From the NCBI RefSeq assembly GCF_006345805.1, contig NC_043020.1, forward strand, positions 2,108,001 through 2,172,000: 64,000 nucleotides of DNA. The letters run 5' to 3'. Position numbers and translations under genes: made by a program. Each line of letters starts with the position of its first letter. Within the stretch, counting starts at the first letter, position 1. Below the pieces are notes generated by a model. The model was given only the letters and a program-made list of their open reading frames with translations. It did no database searches and was not told where the DNA came from. This DNA is from Octopus sinensis. Lineage: Eukaryota. Shown here in pieces: positions 13,340-26,420 of this stretch.

Positions 13340-13481
13340 GACTCCAGTGCTCATTTTTTGTTAAGCCTGATAGTTACTGGTAATTATTCTATCGGTATCT
13401 TTTACCGAACCACTAAGTTACAGTGGACGTAAACACACCAACAACGGTTGTCAAGTAGTGATGGGGGAAAACACACATTCA

Positions 13482-13514
<33 letters not shown>

Positions 13515-13597
13515 TTCTGTATATATATATATATATATATATAAGAGAGAGAGAGAGAGATTGATAGATAGATAGACAGACAGACAGGCAGGCAGAC

Positions 13598-13632
<35 letters not shown>

Positions 13633-13675
13633 AGATATATAGATAATAGATAGATAGAAAGATAGATAGATAGAT

Positions 13676-13726
<51 letters not shown>

Positions 13727-13838
13727 TACGACGAATATGTTTCAATTTCCGTTTCCACTCACAAGGCTTTGGTCGGCCAGAGGCTATAGTAGAAGACACT
13801 CGCCCAAGTTGCCACGCAGAGGAAGCGAACCCGGAACC
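13340..13838 (-). mobile_element. SINE family A, diverged, with expanded internal microsatellite
   Basis: Tail module 13340-13475 and head module 13730-13838, separated by about 250 bp of (CT)n/(TA)n/(GATA)n. Confidence 0.7.
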
Positions 13839-14306
13839 ATCATGACCTTTTTAATTAGTGTTATTAACATTCCGACGAAATTGGACATCATGATTTGCAT
13901 CGAAGCCAAGAAAAACAGGAAATGACTGCGAGTCTCATAACTAAATCAATATTTAGCATCTTCAGCCATAATTTGTTAAATCAAGCGCTTGATACTTTTC
14001 CACTGGCGTGGAATCGTACATGGGAGCCTGCTGCTAGTTTACCTAAATATATTTCAGTATCAAACAAAGCAGCTTGTCAGAAAATCTCTATAAGATTCAA
14101 AGTACTAACTATTCTGAGAAGTATAGTTTGCCGCCACTTCAACAAGGCTGCTGTGAATGTGAATGTGCACTAAGTTTTAACATTCTAGCTCACTTTTGCT
14201 GTTTACAAACAGTACATGGAAGGAAGTTGACCATAATAGAAAGTTTAGCAGAGAATCTAGATAAAGTTTTGCCATAAAGCTTTGCCAAAAAGTTGGCGAT
14301 AGCAGC

Positions 14307-14903
14307 TCAGAGGCCTACGCAGAGTTTCAAAAAGTTTTCATCGTTCCCGACACAATCAAGGAGATCTTGTGGAACTGAAACCTCAGTATCTTTTTGGTCA
14401 ACTGAAAGCAGTTTTGGCACAAACTTGGTAGACACGCATCTACCCAAATCTATGGCACTGAATGAGTGAACTATACCGTAATTAAACTGCACATCCTCTG
14501 ATAACTCACAGCTGCAAGGCACATCTGTGATGTTTTTCTTAGTTCTACTGGTTGCGGATCTCCCACAACGTTTGTCAATTTCGACATTTTTTCGACCATC
14601 TTGCAACTCCTGAACCACTCGTACACTTGTGTGCAACTTATACACTCCTCTCCATACACTTTCTGCAACTTTCCGTAGGCCTCTGAGCATGTATCACCAT
14701 GACAAATTTCTTTGCCATAGTCAATGCGACGATCACACGCTACACACCTTCCTTCCAAGCACTGCTGTAAACAGCGGAAGTGAGTTTGGAAGATAAAAGG
14801 GATTGCGCATGCACAACAAGGTCTGTGCCAAGCAGCTTCAGTTTGCGTGCTTTAGCTTCGTTACTATGGCAACAGTCCGGATACTTATTGTTCAGACCTC
14901 GTA
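14307..14903 (-). mobile_element. Mariner transposon 5' relic (TIR plus frameshifted transposase N-terminus)
   Basis: TA-CGAGGTCTGAACAATAAGTATCCGGAC terminus at 14903. Two overlapping frames encode ...SEAYGKLQKVYGEECISCTQVYEWF... and ...DKRCGRSATSRT...KFVPKLLSVDQK..., a mariner HTH region with a WVPxxL-like linker. Confidence 0.85.
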
Positions 14904-15076
14904 TATCTATATACTAATATTTATTTATGTATATGTGTATGCATACATACATATACTTATGTATATGTATGTGTGTATGTGTGTGTGTGTGCATACGTAC
15001 ATATAAGCAAATCAGACATAAATTAAAAACAAAAAGAAAAAGAAAAACAACAGACATTCACAAACATAGACAGGAA

Positions 15077-15465
15077 CATATGTATGTATGTGTGTGTGTG
15101 TGTATGTATGTACGTATGTATGTATGTATGAATGTATGTATGTATGTATGTATGTATGTATGTATGTATGTTTGTATGTATGTACGTATGTAAGTGTGTG
15201 TGTATGTATGTATGTGCGTATGTATGTATATATGTATGGCTGTATGTATATGTATGTATGTATGTATGTATGTACGTATGCATATGTATGTATGTATGTA
15301 TGTATGTACGTATGTACGTATGTATGTATGTATGTATGTATGCATGTATGTATGTATGTATGTATGTATGTATGTATGTATGTATGTATGTATGTATGTA
15401 TGTATGTATGTATGTATGTATGTATGTATGTATGTATATATATGTACGTATGTATGTATACATAA
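15077..15465. repeat. (TATG)n microsatellite
   Basis: About 390 bp of largely TATG units; source of the MYVC/HTYI ORFs. Confidence 0.95.
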
Positions 15466-15828
15466 AGTGATCAGTCCCTCTGGGCAATATCATGATTTAC
15501 ATCTTCCTTAATTGGCACTGGTCTTGGACACACTCCATCTTCAACAAAATAAATGGGGTGCTCACCACTTTTTAAGTTACGCTATGTATTACACCATACA
15601 TCAATGTTGACACATAACAACACATTAACGAGTTTTTAATAAATTCAAATACAAATATTTTCATTTTGAATAATATATTTTACACCGTTTATATTCCATC
15701 ATAATATTCAGCAATGACTGAGGATGATATCAACATTGCTGCATTTTAAGATGGTTTTTCTATTAATTACAGGGTTGTACGACCAAGGTGAGTTTATTAC
15801 TTAACCCTAGGTCTGCCCTGCCAGAGTA

Positions 15829-16040
15829 GGCCCACGTTCAACGGAGTGGCTATCTCTGTTTAACCCCCGGATCAATTCTAACACCAGGTAATGACTGGTA
15901 TGCACATTTATAAATCAAAGGGGCGGTGTATTTGTTGTTTAACCCCAGGTAAGACTTACTTGAGCAGACCAATAATCAATGAGTTGGCCCACGTTCAAAG
16001 GAGCGGCTATTTCTGTTTAACCCCCAGATCAATTCTGATT
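15829..16040 (+). repeat. Direct duplication of about 50 bp, period about 158 bp
   Basis: gcccacgttcaa.ggag.ggctat.tctgtttaaccccc.gatcaattct occurs twice. Confidence 0.7.
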
Positions 16041-17011
16041 AAGCTTGACCAACGACCAAAAGGAGTTAGCTGCTGTAGTTATTGTGACTGCTGTTGTTTA
16101 ATGTGACTGCTGTTTAATGTGACTGCTGTTGTTTATTGTGACTGCCGCACTAATAAAAAGATTTAAGGTAATGTTAATAAACTATATTTTCCCCTTGAAA
16201 TTAGGCTTGCCATTCTTAAAGTCTCGCGGGCCGCAGTTTCCCGTGACTGACAGAGACCCGCCTACATTGGTTGGATGTTAATAACGATTAAGAAATTTAT
16301 TCTTGTTGTTGTTGTAGCCGTGGTTGTTCATGCTGTTACCTTTGATGATGGCAGTGATGATGATGCTGTGTGTGTGTGTGTTTGCGTGCGTGTATACGTG
16401 TGTGCGTGTATACATGTGCCCGTATGTATGTGTTTGCGTGTGTGTGTGTGTGTCTGTTGTGTCTGTGAGTGAGTGCATGAATGTCTGTATTCGTGTATAG
16501 CTGTATCTGTGTATGCGTGTGTAATAGTATGTATGAACGTTTATGTGCTTCTGTGTATGAATGTGTGTGTATGTGTGACAATCGTGAATGTGTGTGAATG
16601 TGTGTATATGTGCATGCATACGTGAGCGAGAATCTGTGTGTATGTGTATGCGTATGTGTGAGTGTGTGTGTATGTATGTCTATCTGTGTGTATATATGTG
16701 AGTGTGTGTGTATGTATGTCTATGTGTGTCTATCTGTGTGTATATACGTGTGTGTGTATGTATGTCTATGTGCGTCTATCTGTGTGTATATACGTGAGTG
16801 TGTGTGTATGCGTGACTCTGTCAGGGTGTATGTGTGTATGTGCGTGAATGTGAATGCATGTGTGTCTGTGTGTGTGTCTACTTGTGTGTAGCTGTATGTG
16901 TGTATGTATGTCATAAGAGACCACTTCTCAAATATTCCGTCATTAGAATATGAAACCATTTAAAATAAACTCACGTTTGATACCACAAACACACAGGACC
17001 ACACCTCCAAA

Positions 17012-17045
<34 letters not shown>

Positions 17046-17147
17046 GACGATCAAAACGGCACATATACTCTCACATGTACACACACACCAACAAAGAAAC
17101 AGATGCACATGTCGGATATATATATACATGTGTGAGTGTGTGCGTGC

Positions 17148-17309
17148 GTGGCATCTTGGGCAAGTGTCTTCTACTATAGCCTCGGGCCTACCAAAGCCTT
17201 AAGAGTGGATTTGGTAGACGGAAACTGAAAGAATCCCGTCGTATATATGTATATGTATATATATTATATGTGTGTGTATGCGTGTAAAAGATAAAAGATA
17301 TATATATAT

Positions 17310-17346
<37 letters not shown>

Positions 17347-17394
17347 TATATATAATATATATATATATATTATATATATATATTATATATATAT

Positions 17395-17446
<52 letters not shown>

Positions 17447-17618
17447 TATATATATACAGGACGGACATGAATACTGCGACCCACTCATATATATGTCTTA
17501 TGTCTGTATAGGGGCCGATAGAATAAGTACCAGGCTTATAAATGTATCGACACATTCGACTAAAAATACTTCAAGGCGGTGCCCAGTCTCATGAGTAAAA
17601 CAGGTAAACAAATAAAAG
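17148..17618 (+). mobile_element. SINE family A, 5'-truncated, internal (TA)n expanded
   Basis: gcgtggcatcttgggcaagtgtcttctac...gacggaaactgaaagaatcccgtcg, then (TA)n, then a partial tail. Confidence 0.75.
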
Positions 17619-17647
17619 ATATATATATATATATATATATATATATT

Positions 17648-17755
<108 letters not shown>

Positions 17756-17808
17756 AAGATGGATAGATAGACAGACAGACAAACAGCGAGATAGATAGAT
17801 AGATAGAC

Positions 17809-17867
<59 letters not shown>

Positions 17868-17896
17868 TAGATAGATAGATAGATAGATAGACAGCG

Positions 17897-17992
<96 letters not shown>

Positions 17993-18394
17993 ACAGAGAG
18001 AGACAGAGAGAGACAGAGAGACAGAGAGACAGAGAGACAGAGAGACATAATGACACAGAGAGACAGACAGATAGACAGACAGACAGAGAATGCAGTTTGC
18101 AGTTCAGTACATTATCTTTAACATCAAAAGCGGACCCAACTGGATATCATAACGGATTCAGCACATTTCAAGTGTAACGCCGCTCAAGAAGGAAATGTGA
18201 ACCGTTGATAGTTCAACCAAAGATCATCCTTCTCATATATGAGTTCAACCCCTTCGTTGCATCTCAGATAATCCAATCAGAAAACCTTTACGTATCCTAG
18301 AAATGCTGGCAGATTTTCCCCTAATTCACACCCAATTCTCATTAAAGAAACACTTTAAATAAAATATTCGATGATATTCTTTTTCTATGATAAA

Positions 18395-18512
18395 TAGCTT
18401 TTTTTGTAACAGTGGACCTCGAAGCATACACAAAGCTATAAAAGATAGCATGTAAGTATTAGGCTGAAAACACCCGTTTGGATAGAAAATGTCCAAAGCT
18501 GCTCATGAGGCC
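18395..18512 (+). repeat. Isolated copy of the locus-associated repeat, containing a candidate 39-nt mini-exon (18413-18451)
   Basis: tttttttgtaacAG|tggacctcgaagcatacacaaagctataaaagatagcat|GTAAGT. The downstream ttggatagaaaatgtccaaagctgctcatg matches 11651-11680. Confidence 0.55.
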
Positions 18513-18697
18513 CTTCGACTTTTTGTATCCGAAATGAAGTGGGGTTGAACCCATGTTGTTATTTACGGCTTTATGTGTATTCTTCGAGATAGAGTATTTA
18601 CCATCAACCACCCACCCATCTTCGAGACAAAGAAAAAGTATTATTGTACGTCCTCGGAAGTTTGTAAAATTCTTTCAAGGCCAACGATAACAAAGTG

Positions 18698-19135
18698 GGC
18701 GTAGCTATGTGATAAGAAGCTTGATTCGCAATCACATTGTTCCGAGTTCAGTCCCACTGTGTGGCACTTTGGGCAAGTGCCTTCTACTTTAGCCTCGTGC
18801 CAACCAAAGCCTTATGAGTGGGGTTACTAGGTGGAAACTCAAAGAAGCCCTTCGAATACATATCTGTTTATATTTATGTGTGTGTGTGTGTGAGTGTGTG
18901 TGTGTGTGTGTTTGCGTGTGTGTGTTTGCGTGTGTGTTCGTCCACTCCATTGCTTGACATTCGGTGTTGGTGAGTTAGCGGTTCGACAAAAGGCAGCAAT
19001 AAAATAACTAAATGCCTTTTAAAAAAATAAGTGCTAGGGTCGATTTGTTCAACTAAAAATTCTTAAATTCTTCAAGGCGGTGCCCTAGCATTAGCGTAGT
19101 CTAGTGACCGAAGCAACTAAAAGATAAAAAAAATA
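18698..19135 (+). mobile_element. SINE family A, diverged full length
   Basis: Head ...gagttcagtcccactgtgtggcactttgggcaagtg, (TG)n linker, and tail ending actaaaagataaaa. Confidence 0.75.
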
Positions 19136-19756
19136 AAAGATATAAATATATGTGATGGTCATGCCTGGAATGGTGACATCACTGTGCTTCTCAAACTTCA
19201 CTGGTTTTGTGCTAAACAATAACAAGAATGACAATACATAACAACTCCTGAAACAAAAATTGGTAAAGGCGCAAGATACTTACTTGTAGACCAAGACTAT
19301 TTTTTCGTTCTTGGGACGTATTATAAATATATCTGGACAGCAATACAACTGAACTACCAGAGCTTGACTCGCCGTTAAATTTTCTATTCTGGTTAGTTGG
19401 GCCAATAATACCTCTCTGGGATATAGTGAAATTTAATCGCCTCGGCTGTCTTTTATATTCTTTCAAAACGACTTGGGGATGGGTGGGGGATAAATGGACT
19501 TTAACCGAGACGCTTTATTTCGGATTGCGAAGAATAGAAAAATGTACCAAGACGAGTATGTGGGAAAATGTGACGTTATTTTGGCGGGTAATTTCTTCGG
19601 TGATGAAGTAGGTTGAGAAATTTAGGCTTAATTTTAGAATACTACAAATAATTTTGTTTAATTTTTTTTAATTCAATTTCTTATTTATGTTCCTGTTGCC
19701 GTCTTATCAAACATGAGAGTATAACATCGATATATATATATGTATATATATATATA

Positions 19757-20013
19757 TTGTGTCTGGGGAGAGTAATTTTCTTTTTGTGCCTACTAATTTA
19801 ACACACTCACCGGTAAAATTCCCACTCATTTCATATTTTTATTGTCCTAAGATTTTCGTTGCGTCTTGCAACCTTTTCAGTAGTCTTGATTATTGAAAAG
19901 GTTGCAAGACGCAACGAAAATTTTAGGAAAATAAAAATAAGAAATAAGTGGAAATTTTACCGGTGAGTGTGTTAAATAAGGCACTAAAAGAGAATGACTC
20001 TCCCCAGACACAA
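19757..20013. mobile_element. Foldback element (about 125-bp imperfect inverted arms, about 7-nt loop) with a hammerhead-like motif in each arm
   Basis: ttgtgtctggggagag...gcaaccttttcagta / tattgaaaaggttgc...ctctccccagacacaa are reverse complements; the left end is flanked by (TA)n. Confidence 0.85.
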
Positions 20014-20243
20014 CAGAATATGCTTCAACACACGAACTCATATAAAGAATCTTGCAAACCAAATCCCAAAACGGAATATGTATATATATATATGCATGCA
20101 TGAATGTGTATATATATATATGTGTATATGTATGTTTGTATATATATCTATATATGCATACATATATATAAGTATGTGTATATATGAATGCATATATGTA
20201 TGTATGTACGTACGTATGTATATATGTATGTATGTGTGTTTGT

Positions 20244-20292
<49 letters not shown>

Positions 20293-21075
20293 CCGTATCT
20301 ACGAGTATATTGATCGAACTATTTTATATTTCATACTCTGGCAAAAATTACAATTTATCCTTGTGTACATTGCGCACTTGCAGCAGTAATCTGCTTTGCA
20401 TAGGTTTATCTATACTTCAGATAAGTATAAATATATGGTTTTCCTGAATGTTTGATAAATGGTTTATTTTTTTAAGGAGATGCTGACCTTCATAGGGTTC
20501 GGTGGTTTTGGTTCAATTACATTTGGCCTTGGACGACAGAAGGCCTGAAATCATTTTTTTTGTGGTGGCGGGGGGTGGACTACTATAGACGATCTCATTC
20601 AGCTTAGTGCTAAACTTATACTAATGTCAAGGCAAAGTTGTGTATATGTGTGTGTACGTGTGTGTGTATGTGTGTATGTGACTGTGTATGCGTGCGTGCA
20701 CGTGTGTGTGTGTGTGTGCATGTGTGTGAGTATGTACAATATTTACATATATATTATTTTCTGTATTTTATCTTCTACTTGTTTCATGCATTAGACTGCG
20801 GCCACGCTGGAGCACCGCGTACGTGTATGCGTGTGTATGTATATATATATATATATATATATACATATATAGAAGGATGAAAAGGAACACAACGACCTCG
20901 AACCCAAAAGAGAGATAGAGACAGGCAGAAACCAGGAAAATGCCACTTGTATTTTTTTTTATTTTTCTAATTTTAATTATTTAATTGTTACAGTTGAAAA
21001 AGTTTCAATGACTGGAACCGGTACTGAAATGTTTTTCATAAAATTATTTTAGTATTTTCTATCTTGAATTTTTTT

Positions 21076-21119
<44 letters not shown>

Positions 21120-21135
21120 TATATATATATATATA

Positions 21136-21473
21136 TTTATATATAGAGGGCATTATACATACATGCCAGAGGGCATTATACATACATGCCACACGCTAAG
21201 AGGGACAATTAGTCATTTCTACCAAAAATATTACTAATCCCACCGAATGCAATTTTTCAAAGTAAGACATTTAAAAAATATAGACCTGTATCACAGTGAT
21301 TTCATGAATCACTGTGATACAGGTCTATATTTTTTAAATGTCTTACTTTGAAAAATTGCATTCGGTGGGATTAGTAATATTTTTGGTAGAAATGACTAAC
21401 TGTCCCTCTTAGCGTGTGGCATGTATGTATAATGCCCTCCTGGCATGTATGTATAATGCCCTCTATATATAAA
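21136..21473. repeat. Near-perfect 338-bp palindrome with essentially no spacer
   Basis: Arms of about 168 bp differ by 1 substitution and 2 single-base indels; the centre is gtgat(t)tca|tgaatcac. Both arms carry the same 23-bp tandem duplication gagggcattatacatacatgcca. Confidence 0.95.
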
Positions 21474-21626
21474 TTAATATGTTCAATAAGAAATAATTAT
21501 TTTCGAAATTTATTCTCTTATGAGGTTTTCACGCTATCTACCTGACAATTTCTTGTTAAGTTTTCCTTATTAAGTAGTTGTCCTTAATTGCTATATATAT
21601 ATATATATACGACGGGCTTTTAAAAT

Positions 21627-21717
21627 TCACATCAGTTGTTTCAGCAGCATTTTTTTAATGAATTGTTCGATGACTAAGATTACCTCTTGTCAAAGAAAAC
21701 CCGCTATCATCAGGTGA
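21627..21717 (-). ncRNA. Degenerate type-I hammerhead-like motif with long stem II loop
   Basis: Reverse complement: tcac CTGATGA t agcgg...ctgct GAAA caactg at gtga. Stem I tcac/gtga, stem II agcgg/ctgct, near-palindromic acaactg; position 16.1 is A instead of U. Confidence 0.4.
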
Positions 21718-22311
21718 TTTTAAACTTAGGTAGGCAGAGAAAATTTCAAATCAACTCGCTTTGCCAAATATTAGCAAAGAGAATTGGTTTGAATTTGAAA
21801 GAAATAATAGAAAAATAAAAGAAATAATTAAGCGAATGTCTAAAACATGAATTAACATGAAATTTTGATGGAAGGTCATAATTTATATCTCTTTAGAAAT
21901 GAAGTGGGAATCATAAAACCAAGGACGGTCTTGGGCGCGTTACTGTGAAAAGAGTTAACACATTCGATCGTTTAGTTTTAAGTTGGTTACGGGGCAAGTA
22001 AACAGTCTAAAATAACAAGTGAAACGGATTTGATATATAAGGGTTCTTCTTGAGGTTCAACGGTAACATCATCATCACCATCCCCATCAACACCATCATC
22101 ATCATCACTACTACAACCACCACTAAGTGGTGGTATTAGTAGTTCGTCGTCTTCATCACCGTCATCATCATCATCATCATCATCATCGTCTTCACTACTA
22201 CCACCACCAACACCACTAACATCGTCGTCGTCATCATCATCATCATCATCTTCACTACTACCACCACTACCCCTACCATTGTCGGTGTCGTCATCATCAC
22301 CATCATCATCC

Positions 22312-22545
22312 AGTCTCCTATTCATTAGTGCACATCGTGTACGAAGTGCATTCATCCAACGTACGATTGTGTTACGTGTAGGGACAGCCTGATTTCGATG
22401 AATGTTGAAATAGCACCGAAACACCCCCGTCGAACTTCTGTGACAGACTCGTTATTCTTCACGTAACTGTCGTAAGCAAACACGCGATGCCCTATCGCCC
22501 ACAGTGTCATGGCTTCACATGAAAAAAAATGTTCAGACGCCACGG
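22312..22545 (-). mobile_element. Tc1/mariner-superfamily transposase N-terminal relic (DUF4817-like HTH)
   Basis: Frameshifted ...HRVFAYDSYVKNNESVTEVRR / FRCYFNIHRNQAVPTRNTIVRWMNALRTR. Confidence 0.75.
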
Positions 22546-22574
22546 GCCAAATGTTACCTGCCGAACTTATATAT

Positions 22575-23324
22575 CTTTACTGCCCACAAGGGGCTAAACG
22601 CAGAGGGGACAAACAAGGACAGACAAAGAGATTAAGTCGATGACATCGACCCCGAAAGGATGAAAGGCAAAGTCGACCTCGGCGGGATTTGAACTTAGAA
22701 CGTAACGACAGACGAAATACCTATTTCTTTACTACCCACAAGGGGCTAAACATAGAGGGGACAAACAAGGACAGACAAAGGGATTAAGTCGATTATATTG
22801 ACCCCAGTGCACAACTGGTACTTATTTAATCGACCCCGAAAGGACGAAAGGCAAAGTCGACCTCGGCGGAATTTGAACTTAGAACGTAACGACAGACGAA
22901 ATACCTATTTCTTTACTACCCACAAGGGGCTAAACATAGATGGGACAAACAAGGACAGACAAAGGGATTAAGTCGATTATATTGACCCCAGTGCACAACT
23001 GGTACTTATTTAATCGACCCCGAAAGGACGAAAGGCAAAGTCGACCTCGGCGGAATTTGAACTTAGAACGTAACGACAGACGAAATACCTATTTCTTTAC
23101 TACCCACAAGGGGCTAAACATAGAGTGGACAAACAAGGACAGACAAAGGGATTAAGTCGATTATATTGACCCCAGTGCACAACTGGTACTTATTTAATCG
23201 ACCCCGAAAGGATGAAAGGCAAAATCGACCTCGGCGGAATTTGAACTTAGAACGTAACGACAGACGAAATACCGCTAAGCATTTCGCCCGGCGCGCTAAC
23301 GTTTCTGCCAGCTCGCCGCCTTCC
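22575..23324 (-). mobile_element. SINE family B: one tRNA-like head followed by four tandem body units (184-bp period)
   Basis: Units start at 22721, 22905 and 23089 (period 184), plus an internally deleted unit at 22575-22720. A single head ggcggcgagctggcagaaacgttagc lies at 23273-23324. Confidence 0.9.
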
Positions 23325-23990
23325 TGTCGGACATATGTCCCTCTCCTGGGGCTGAGTAATACCATTTCAAAATCGTTCGTCCTCTCTTCCCCACCCTGTA
23401 TTTATTTATTAATTATCTTTAATCTTTTACTGAAAATTCCAATACTCGAACTTTCAGCACCAAACCAGCTCCGATCTTGAAACAGAACAATGTTTCACCT
23501 TTGACCCAGTAAAGGCCACGGCAATTGTGACCTTTGGCCAATAGCGAAACTCTAACACTCACACGCACAAACGTTCAATGTTTACGTCTAATCTTTTCTT
23601 CTTCTTCTTCTGTTTGTTTCTTTTTGTTCTTAAACACCCCACCCTACACTCCTCCCATCCCCGTCCCCCTCCCAGTCACCTCTTCCTTTCGCCCCCCCCC
23701 ACACACACACTTTCATTAATGACTCTGCTTTCTCTCTTTCGCTTTTCGTATTGCCATGACATTCGAATTTTTTTTTTCGTCTTCCGCCGCCGCCACCACC
23801 GCCATGATTATTTTCTTCACAGCTGAAGTTAAAGTTTTTGGGGTATTTATTTATTCAAATGTTTTGTTAGATTTGCTTTCATATGCACCCTTCCCCCTCT
23901 TCCTTTTATTTTGGTTTATTTTTCCTGTTGTCTAATGAATACATAAACATTCGCATACATCAATCAACCAATCTCTCTCTCTCTCACTCA

Positions 23991-24083
<93 letters not shown>

Positions 24084-24539
24084 GTCTGTGTGCATGTGTG
24101 TGTATGTGTGCACTTATGTACGTATGTATGAATGTTTGTATGCATATATCTATCTCTTTCTCTATCTGTCTGTCAACCACATTTAAGGCCTCCAAATTCT
24201 AATGGAATTCTGAGTCGTATTCTTGACAAAAGTATGTCTTTGACTCCCACCCACCCACCCACTAATCTTGCCGGAACCCATCCCACTCCCTGTACGAGCA
24301 ATTTCCTCAAGACAAGAAAAATAGAGAAAACTTCGTAATGAAAGGAAAAACAACAGAGAAGCGCACATAAAATTTGGCCAGTACTTTATTTACAAACCCC
24401 AAAAGTAGGAAAGGGAGAGGTGGCCTTAGCGAGATTTGAACTATGTGACTTGCATTACATATCGAGGCATTCTATCCGACGTTATCAATTTGTAACCTAT
24501 CTTTTACCCTCCGTCTCTTCCTCACTTGGAAAGCAAAGG

Positions 24540-25480
24540 AGTTGATTCGGAGCTTCATAAGATGGTAAAGCTTCTTACTGTCATTTGCTCAGCAGCAGCC
24601 TGAACATCACGAGCAAGATCCTCCCAGCAAGTGTTCTGCATCTTCCTGAGAGATCGCTGCTGTAGTGATTTTACACTGCTATAGTGGGCAGGTGCTTAGA
24701 TTTCGCTGCACAGCTGAAAGTCCTCTGTGCAGCAATACAATGTGGGCATGGCGTTTTACAACCAATAGTCGCTGAAATTCAGTATCATTTTCATCAAGCC
24801 AGTCTCTATGTCTGGCAGTAGCGTATCTCAGTGTTTCAGCAACGCATTGAAGAACCTAGTATCGAAAATCTTCTCATACTGTAGTATTTTTAATGCTGAA
24901 CAAGTGAGTCTGAAACTCTTTCCTCAACGCAGCATCATATATCTTGTGGACATTCAGATGCCGAGGAATGCCAACTGGCCCTCTTCTCTCTTTCACTCTA
25001 ATCATCATCCAGAATTTTTCTCGCATCAGACTGTGGTCTGTCCAGCATTCCGATCTATGACAAATGTCATAGATGTCACGCTTGTGGATGATGACATGAT
25101 CCAGCAAGTACCAAACTTTGGACCTTTGATGCATCCGCGTTTTTGTGTGATCACCTTTGTGCATAAAATGAGTGCTTGCGATGTAGATGCCATGTTCATC
25201 GCAAAGCTCCAGCAGCATGAGACCATTGCTATTCATTTTCTCTACGCCAAAACTTCCTAGAGAGTTCCATATTTGCCAGTCTGTTCCAACCCTGGCATTG
25301 AAATCCCTCAGTAGAATGACTTTATCAGAACTGGGGATTTTCCTAAATATGGTTCTCAGCTGGGTATAAAAAATAACTTTATCTTCATCACAACTAGTCA
25401 AAGTGAGTGCATAAACACTTATTAGAGTAGTAAACCACCCACCTTTCAGGTGCAATCATAGAGTCATTAGACGTTCGTTT
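24540..25480 (-). mobile_element. RTE-clade LINE fragment, apurinic endonuclease region (pseudogenised)
   Basis: TLISVYALTLTS...FYTQL...DKVILLRDFNARVG...NSNGLMLLELC...WYLLDHVII are APE motifs typical of RTE/BovB-like ORF2, with substitutions at conserved positions. Confidence 0.85.
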
Positions 25481-26089
25481 ATAGGAACAGGAAGTTCCTC
25501 CAACTTCTTAAGAATATCAGATCGAACTGCAAATTCAACACCAGCCTCTCTCCGCTCCTCCTTCAGCCCCCCCTTCCAAAATAAAAGGTGTAACCACCTC
25601 CTACTTTCTCAAGTCGACCATCACCTTCTATACGAGTCTCTGAAAGATTGGAGTGTTTGTTGATATGTGGTTAGGTACATAGGTGATAACCTTGGCTTTT
25701 TGGCTGTTTGTGTGTGGCAGGCAAGTACAGGTAAGCGGTTGCTTGGGTTCAATAATGTTTCGATAAGCAAATGAAATGGCCCGGTAAGAAAACAGATAGC
25801 TAGACATGAAATCAGGACTGATTAGCTGGGTTGGCGTAGGAGGAGAAACCCTTATATGATTAAGTAGTGCGGTAAACACGGTTGAATAATCAGGAAGGTC
25901 AGTGTGTAGAAGTTAATCAATTGTTAAATAAAGCTAAAATAACGAATATGAGAATTAAAAAGATCTTCACCTCAAAAGACATTACAGTGCATTCAATATT
26001 GAGGCGAGTAAACTGTTAGATTTTGCTATTTGTCCTTTGTACAGAGCAGAGTTATGGCCAATGTACACAGCTATGGAGAAGACAAAGGT

Positions 26090-26420
26090 CTTATGTGAAT
26101 CTTTTGTAGATTGGACTGAAGAAGCTAAAAAGATAGGATGACAAACGATGCAACACTAGAGAAGCTGAAAGTCCAAAGACACCTATTGTTGAGAACCAAG
26201 TCCACAAAATTATAATAGTTTGGACATACAACGCACCATGTGTCACTGGTCAAGGCCATTCTAGTAGGAGGTGTGGTGGAGAGGAAAGCAAAAGACCATC
26301 GAAGACATTTTTGGATAGACAACATTAAAGAATGGTAAACAAGAACCTGGTTGATTGTCTGTATGCAACGCAGCACAGGAAATTGGAATCGTGCCAAGCC
26401 GATTCCTGGGCACATGAATG
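26090..26420 (+). mobile_element. RTE-clade LINE 3' end, decayed
   Basis: TNDATLEKLKVQRHLLLRTKSTKL**FGHTTHHVSLVKAILVGGVVERKAKDHRRHFWIDNIKEW resembles the RTE post-RT C-terminus (FGH...ILxGxVxGxR...WxDxIKEW). Confidence 0.7.

Noticed and set aside
22575-23324. Regular 184-bp repeats as a possible CRISPR-like array
   Set aside because: The units are near-identical along their whole length with no unique spacers, the context is eukaryotic, and they match a SINE body found elsewhere in the window.
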